Assembly: GCA_012295275.1 (NCBI GenBank)
Contig: CM022665.1
Coordinates: forward strand, 20,212,001 to 20,276,000
Direction: 5' to 3'
Length of the DNA stretch: 64,000 nt
From: Chrysomallon squamiferum
Lineage: Eukaryota; Animalia; Mollusca
In this document: one piece after another, positions 56,529 to 64,000 of the stretch
Layout of the letters: every line of letters starts with the position of its first letter
Position numbering within the stretch: position 1 is the stretch's first letter
Program-made: the position numbers and the translations under genes
The notes under the pieces: model-generated
What the model was told of the DNA's origin: nothing
The model's input: only the letters and a program-made list of their open reading frames with translations
Databases searched by the model: none

Positions 56529-56603
<75 letters not shown>

Positions 56604-58546
56604 TCTCTCATTTAATCAATAAACGTATCGGTATGTTTTACTAACGTTTACACACAGCTATGCAAATATACGTACACAAGCACAAACATACATAAACCTA
56701 TACGTACACAAACTTTAAATGTTTACAGACATAATTATGTATCTATACATTTGCAGTTATTCACAGACACAAACATAATTATTATATTGATAAACGTAAA
56801 TACACACACATTCATGTGTACAAATTCATATTCACACACACAAAACATACGCACGTACATACACAAACAAGATATAGAATAAACACACACAGAGATATAT
56901 GCGGAATATGAAATGATTGTTAAAATGAAACAGACAGACAAACAGACAGAGACAGAAGAAGCACAATGGTAGAAAACTTAATAACGTAGTAACATTCTAA
57001 CCACAGTTTGCAGTCTTGTAAGTGGATATTACTGGTTACAGGCTAGGAATCTTTTCTAACAATAACGTTAACGTTAACAATAAAGTTCATAGTGCTTGAC
57101 ATTTTATCTTTTTCTCGGTACGTCATAGAGACTCATTGAAACAAAAATTTATCAGACAGAGAATACACACAATAACCGTTTTAGTCTTTATTTTATTTTC
57201 ACCAACATTCGTAGATACGAAATGATGCAACAAGAAGACATCAGCGTACATATGTCCTCAACGTTAGTTATATATGTCTGTATATTTAATGTATGTGTTT
57301 GTATAAATGTATAAATGAAAGTATGTATGTATATATGTATTTGAGCTTGCGTGTATGTATATATGTATGTATGGATATATGTATGTTTGTATGTTTAATG
57401 TTTGTATGTTTAACGTATCTGTATGTATGAATGTATATATATATAAGTATGTATGTATATATGTATGTATGTATGTGAGCATGTTTGTATGTTTAATGTA
57501 TGAGTATGTATGGATGTATATAATGTATACATGTTTATGTGTGTGTCTATACATATACATGTATCCATATGTTAGAGTGTGTGCTAATCTGTTTGTGAAT
57601 CTGTGTACGTGTATATGTATATACGTGTGTGCATATGTATGCATGCATGTATGTCTGTGTGTGTATAGATATTTGATCAAATTAAAAAAGTTACGTTTCA
57701 AGTATAAAAGTGTGTATATGTATACATGTATATATGTGTATGTGTGTGTTTGTATGTATGTTTATGTGTATATATCTGTATGTATGTATATGTGTGTATA
57801 TATACGTAAGGGCTTTTCTTTTTATTAGTAAACATCAGCCATCAGAAACTAACGAACCAATAAGTGTTCTAAAAGTATTTCCATTATTTCAGCATATTAC
57901 AAAATGTGGCTTTGTGAAACTGGATGACACAAAATTAAATATTTCATTTTCTGCATTCTCTTTAAATAAAATGTGACAAATCCTCATTTTTAAAAAACTT
58001 ATTTATTTTTATTTTACATGTTAAAATCATCCTTACCTACGAATATAACATTTTTCAGTTAACAATGAATATCTGATTTTGCATTAAGTAAAAAAAAACA
58101 TCTTGAACAATACAGCAGTAGCTGTGGTAGCAGTAATAGCAGTATTACTAGTAATATTAGCAGTGTTAGTAGTAGCTGTAGTAGTAGTAGTAACAGTAGT
58201 GGCAGTAGTAGCAGTAGTATTAGTAATAATAGTAGATGTAGTAGAATTAATTATTTTAGTAGTAGCGGTAGTAGTAGAACTAGTAGTAGTAATAATAATA
58301 ATAGTAATAACAATAATAATAATCATAAAATTAATAATAATAATAATAGTAATAATAATAATCATTATCATCAGAATCATAATACTAATAATAGTAATAG
58401 TAATATAATAATAATAATAATAATAATAATGTTTTGTGGGGTTTTTTTGTGTTTTTTTGTGTTTTTTCTTTTTGACGTTGTTCACTTTTAAGAATAAAGT
58501 GATAATAAATTGTGATAATTTAAAAAGACTCATCTACAAAGATATG

Positions 58547-59008
58547 TCAACAGTTTTGCTCGTCATCACCAGAGAGGCAGTCGTCGAAGCCGTCACACAC
58601 CCAGTTGGACAGAATACATTCGCCGTCTGAACAAGAAAACATCGAAGTACCACAATGGTTCGTGTCCATCCTCTTCACTCTGCCTTCACAAAATGTTGCG
58701 TTCTCGTCGGCGTTGCCGTGGAGACAGTCGAGAATTCCGTCACAGAGCCAGTTCACTGGAATACAGTCAGTGTTGTTGTCGCTGTCGTCGCAGTCAAAGA
58801 ATCCCGGCGCACACGTTCCATGTCCACAGTCGTTTTCGTCGTTGTCGCAATCTCGTTCACCGTCACACAGCCACTCCGGCATTATGCACGTGCCGTCGGT
58901 ACACGTCATCATATTAGGAAGCGGACATCGTCCGTTTTTCTCTATCTGACAGAGAACTCCACCAACCACCAGAAATGACCAGAGAAATCTTAATCCTGTT
59001 TTATGCAT
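58547..59008 (-). CDS. Intronless secreted protein with signal peptide and three LDL-receptor class A repeats, 153 aa
   Basis: Hydrophobic N-terminus ending VLC. Three six-Cys modules with CI..xWxCDGxxDC..DE..C signatures. Stop immediately after the last Cys; no transmembrane segment. Confidence 0.92.
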   Translation of the reverse strand: MHKTGLRFLWSFLVVGGVLCQIEKNGRCPLPNMMTCTDGTCIMPEWLCDGERDCDNDENDCGHGTCAPGFFDCDDSDNNTDCIPVNWLCDGILDCLHGNADENATFCEGRVKRMDTNHCGTSMFSCSDGECILSNWVCDGFDDCLSGDDEQNC

Positions 59009-59142
59009 AGCAACAAACGTTCAACGTCTCCACTTTTCTTTTTCTTTTTTCCCAGTTTGTTTTTATTATTATAATTATTGTTGTTTATTATTATGAGTTG
59101 TTTTTTTTTCTTTTTTTCTTTCTTTCTTCTTCTTGTACTTCT

Positions 59143-59176
<34 letters not shown>

Positions 59177-61169
59177 CTTTTTAAATATTAACAATCTAAA
59201 CGCGTATAATAAACAGACATATCCAGTACAACAGTTTATGACATGCCAGCGAGAGCTGACAATGAAAGTAACAGCAAAGTGACTTGTGTCTCGGACAAAG
59301 GTAATGATTTCTAAATGATTACATCCTCTCGCAATGTGACCTTTTAGCAAATACACAAACACGTTAATTGTAGGAAAACGTGCAGTGACAACAATAAGTT
59401 TCACTCTAATGATAATAACTAGGGGCGGGTACATTTTAACAGGAGAGGTGTCAGAACCCAGGAGATCTACTTTTTAAAAGATGTGTCCGTAGTTAACTTA
59501 TCGAGATGTAGTGACTCTGTATGTACGTATATATGTATGCATGTGTGTATGTGTGTATGTATGAGTATATGTATGTGTATGTGTGTGTGTGTATGTGTGT
59601 CCATATGTGCATATACATACACACATATATATATACATACGTCTATAATCACCATAAATAGATTCGTTGTCATACATCGTTGTGTTTATGTAAACATGTG
59701 TGTGTTAATGTGAATGTGTACAAGTGTTAATATTTGTGAGCAGAAACAAACAGATCAAATATTGCACACACAGAAAACAAATGACAGGCAGTGATAAGAG
59801 GGGTCAACCCAGAATGAATGACAAGAGAGCTCACTTAAACGTGACCCAATGATTCACGTTTTACTCTGAAGTCGTAGAAATTCACAATTCTACCACCTGT
59901 TAAAGTTACAGCAGCAACAACAACAAAATATTAGTCATCTTATTTCTTCTGCTGTCCCGTTATTATTAATAGCACTACGACTACAACTGCCACTACCACC
60001 ATCACTATCACTAGCATGTTACTACTGCTATTACCAATACTACTACTACTGCTATACTATATTACTAATATTATTACCACTCCTGCTACTGCTACTACTA
60101 CTACTAGCACTATTACTAGTACCGCCACCATCACCATTGCTGATACTATTGTTACACCCACCATTATTCATAGTACTATCTATATTACACTATCATTACT
60201 ATAGCTACAATTGCAACCGCTTCTACTATTACTACTACTAAATTATAATTAGTATAATTATAACTACTGTAATTATTATTACGACTTCAACTACAATTAC
60301 TATTACTACCACAATTACTATTACAACTATTATGACTAACACTATACAAATATACGGTTGTTTCTTCTACTGCTATATTAGTACAACTACAGCCACTACT
60401 ATTTTAATATGTAAATGTATGGTGAATAGTGGGGAGAAAATTCACGTGATCCTGAATGGCTTGAACGGTGTATGACCTGTATGTAGATAATAAATGTACT
60501 TTGCGGTTATCACTTTGTCCTTTGTAATCAGTGGATATGTCTTTGTTTTAATTTTAACTTTAGCTTACAGTTTTATTTATATATATTACGCACAAAATTA
60601 TTTAATTTAGTTAGCTAGTTAATAAAATTTTAAATATATTGTAAACACATAACAGTTAATTAATGTTGGTAATTTTAATAAGTTAATAACACACTTGTGG
60701 CTGATACAAACGGCTGATAAACGTTGTTTTTTGTTTTTGTTTTTTTTTAATTATTATCTTATTATTTAAATATGGAAATATTTTGGTTGAGGCTGGAGGT
60801 CATATTCACTTACAGTTCAACATTTGAAATCCCTTGCATTCACGACCACTTTTTGACTTTTTGACAGAAGAAAATACGTGGCAAATTTAAAAAGTAACAA
60901 AACGCTTTAAAATAAATTATAAAATAAATAAATAAATTATAATAATAATGAGGGTTTAGCGATGCAGTAAATTTTAACTGCCATACAGAATACCGTTACT
61001 GCAATTCACAGCGCTGAAATAATACAGTTAAGTTATTCCGAACAAAAAATAAATAAAGCTGAAGGACGGGTTGGTAGTAAGTCTGAATTAAATATGTGAA
61101 ACCGTATGTAAATAATTTTTAAATTATACACATATATATATATATATATATATAAAATAAAAATTAAAA

Positions 61170-61475
61170 GATCCGTTGACGAACCGCTCAGTAACCTGCA
61201 TTTTACATTTTTCCGTGATCTTCGGCAATGTCCGGATAAAATCGCTATGGCACGAACATTCAATGACGGAGGAGATTAAAATGCAGGGCAAATTTTGATT
61301 AGTTAATTTTATTAAATAATTTTGGAAAATTTTAACAATTATTTGAACTTCGATTTTATTTAGCATATATTACGTGAGTATATTCTCATAACATTTTCAT
61401 GTGATACTATTTTAATCTATTGTTATATTCATCAATAATATGGTGTTAAATATTTTGTGCTATTAATGGCGGCAT
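61170..61475 (+). promoter_or_regulatory. Candidate promoter and non-coding first exon of the right-edge gene
   Basis: Local CpG enrichment at 61170-61270, donor-like TAC|gtgagt at 61374, YY1-type AATGGCGGC at 61465-61473. Confidence 0.4.
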
Positions 61476-62708
61476 CCTTGCTTTGAGCGCGTCTATTTTG
61501 CTGTTTTGCAAATAACTACATTGATTTTGCTTAAAAGGTAACAAATGTTAGTGCATAGTTGCAGCATTTTTTCCCATTGCTACAATTTTTTTATTTTTAT
61601 GCATCAGTGCGTTTTGATTGTTTGTACAATTCGTATAAAAATGAAAGGGTGTCTGCGCGTTAACCCGCGTTTTTTTGTTTGTTTATTCTGAACCATTACG
61701 TTCACAAAACTGCTAGCATTGATACATTTTTACCTGAATTAAAAGTATGACACAAAACTCATCACTTCTCTTAAAAATACAGATGATTTCAAAAGTGCAG
61801 TAATCGCAAGGTGTAGTTCTACTGTAATCCCAGTACCTAAAGCGTTTCAGATCAATTCAAAATAAGAAACGAAGAAGAAAAAAATAAAAATAAAAAATAA
61901 ATAATAATAAAAAGGAGAAAAGAAAAAATTGATGATTAAAATAAATTAAAATGCATTTCATGTAAAATCTATTGCAGAATTTGTTAATCCAGCATTACAC
62001 TTTTTACAGATAGGTTATAATTGAAAATAAAACTGAATTTACAGATTTCCGTTAAAAATGAAACCATGTAAATTATAAAAAAACGATAAACCAGTGATTG
62101 ATCGAAGAAGCCAAGCAAATACTTTATAGCTTGTTCTAGTGTATTAATGTTTGTCACCATTAATTACATACTGTTTTAATGAATGATCTTTGTAGAATTA
62201 TTATTTTTATTTTATATATTTATTTACAGATCAATTTTTTAGTCTGAGATTCCAGCAGAACTTAAATTTTCTTAACATAACAAAATTGTTAATAAAGTAT
62301 GAATTAAGAGTATATTTTATTATCTGCATTATTGAAAATCCTCAAATGGAAAGATTATAGATAATGTATGCTTCTTTATGCAAGGACTTTACATAAAAGT
62401 AAGATAAACACTAACATACAAATTAAAAATTAAACCTGAATCCTTATTTACAATTGTTGCTAGTTTGTTTTGTCATTTGAATAATAGTTTGTAAATCTTA
62501 CTTTGTAATTAAACTAAATGTGCCACACTTGTGAAAAAAAGAATTAGTTTTGTAGTTTGAATAATAACTTGCAGATGTTTATTTTCTAATAAAAGTAAAT
62601 ATGCCACACTAGTACATTTATTTACAGAGTTACAGGCTATATTTACCACACTCTTGTTATGAATGTTTTTAAATTTTAAATTGAAGATACATGATTTTCT
62701 AACCAAGG

Positions 62709-62812
62709 ATGCCTAGAGTAACTAGAAGTGCATTGTCCAGCCCTGCACGGGCCAGCCCCAGGGAGTCAACTAAAGCCTCTTCAACAAGTTCAAAATCATC
62801 ACCAGCGCCAAA
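62709..62812 (+). CDS. First coding exon (MPRVTRSALSSPARASPRESTKASSTSSKSSPAP-) of a gene extending beyond the window
   Basis: GC-elevated island, upstream acceptor tttacag at 62627, ATG at 62709, donor AA|gtaagt at 62813, phase 2. Not in the ORF track. Confidence 0.75.
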
Positions 62813-63029
62813 GTAAGTCACATCCATTAAAAATAATGTTTCTTTTTCACTCGGCTGTACAATAGCAGAAACAATTTTATAACGGCTTCATCAATTAAAC
62901 ATTAATACCATTTATAGGCTACAAAATCTATAACTTTATTAAACATTAGTATTATTTATGTGTCATATAAAATCAATAACTTGTGTATGGCTGTTAAATG
63001 TGAGATACTAGAATGAGATGTAGTTTGTT

Positions 63030-63510
63030 CTAAAACAGGTAAAGATAATTTAATGCTGGATATGTTGTATATGGTCTTTAAGTATTGTTATTTTAAAACT
63101 AGGCAATATATTGTTATATTAAAATTTGATGTTTATCATAATAAAACTCAAGTGTTGTATTATTTTTATTAAAAAAATCATGGTAATGTAAAATCAGGAA
63201 TGGCATTATTATTTTAAAAGTAGGTTTTATATATTATGAAACTCAAGTACTGTATTATTATAAAACTAGGTATTGCATTATTTTAAAATTAGATGTGTTG
63301 TTATTAATAATACAAAACTAGGTGTGGTAGTGGTATTATAAAACTAGGTGTTGTATTGTGATTGTTATTATTATTGTTATTTCTTTTTATTATAAAACTG
63401 TTGTATCATATATTTTAAAACTCATTGTCATATTATTGTTTTAAAACTAGTTTTTTGTGTTTTTGTTTTTTGAATAGATCTGTGTTGTATTATTACTTAT
63501 AAAACTGATT
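63030..63510. repeat. Degenerate intronic minisatellite (aaaactaggtgttgtattatt)
   Basis: Recurrent aaaactag/aaaactca + tgttgtat units between the two right-edge exons. Confidence 0.7.
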
Positions 63511-63525
63511 CATGTGTTATTTCAG

Positions 63526-63626
63526 AACTCGACAGGGAAGCAAGGCAGCTGAACCTGAACCTCAAACATCCGTTGAGGAAAATGAAGAAAAAGTAACTCG
63601 ACGTCAGGCAAAGGACAAAGGAACAG
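63526..63626 (+). CDS. Second coding exon (KTRQGSKAAEPEPQTSVEENEEKVTRRQAKDKGT-) of the same gene
   Basis: Acceptor atttcag ending at 63525, phase 2 matches the previous exon; open frame; donor CAG|gtttgt at 63627. Confidence 0.72.
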
Positions 63627-64000
63627 GTTTGTATACAGATTTCTTCTAAATCTCTTATTATGCCTTCTAATTTTTGCAGCATTTCCAGGACATGCAAATC
63701 TTACTGTCATTTTTTATTAGTCTCCCTTCCATAATTGTAGTTTATTTCTTTGTTTAATACTTAATTGTAAATTTATGTAAGATACTTTGGCATTAAACAT
63801 GTAACACATTACCAAAATAAAACAACTTTGGAAATGAGGTACTGAGATCATTGTAACAAGCAGTCATTTACCAAGTTAGAATAATAATAAAACTTATAGA
63901 AATAGTTGCAGATATCAGTTTTCAGATATATTCTCTTTAAATCTTTTGAATACTGAAAACAAGATAGATTTCTGACATACAAGTCTCCAAACTTTGTGTG

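Overview
AT-rich, microsatellite-dense animal genomic DNA with GT-AG introns. It is probably a lophotrochozoan, and decayed tRNA-derived SINEs suggest a mollusc (inference). No rRNA, intact tRNA or CRISPR is visible, and most listed ORFs are microsatellite artefacts. Supported genes: (1) two intronless, divergently oriented class A GPCR paralogs with GPR21/GPR52-like motifs, the second split by a 1-bp deletion in an A-run; (2) four orphan ORFs, mostly basic and low-complexity, one with two alternative in-frame first exons; (3) a three-exon gene for a signal-peptide-bearing, Cys-rich EF-hand protein resembling the sarcoplasmic Ca-binding protein family; (4) a convergent intronless gene for a secreted protein of three LDL-receptor class A modules with an internal furin-type site; (5) the 5' exons of a gene running off the right edge. 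Also present are an internally deleted Tigger/pogo transposon, SINE relics, several minisatellites (one carrying five perfect CRE palindromes) and local duplications. All calls were made by eye, without database searches.
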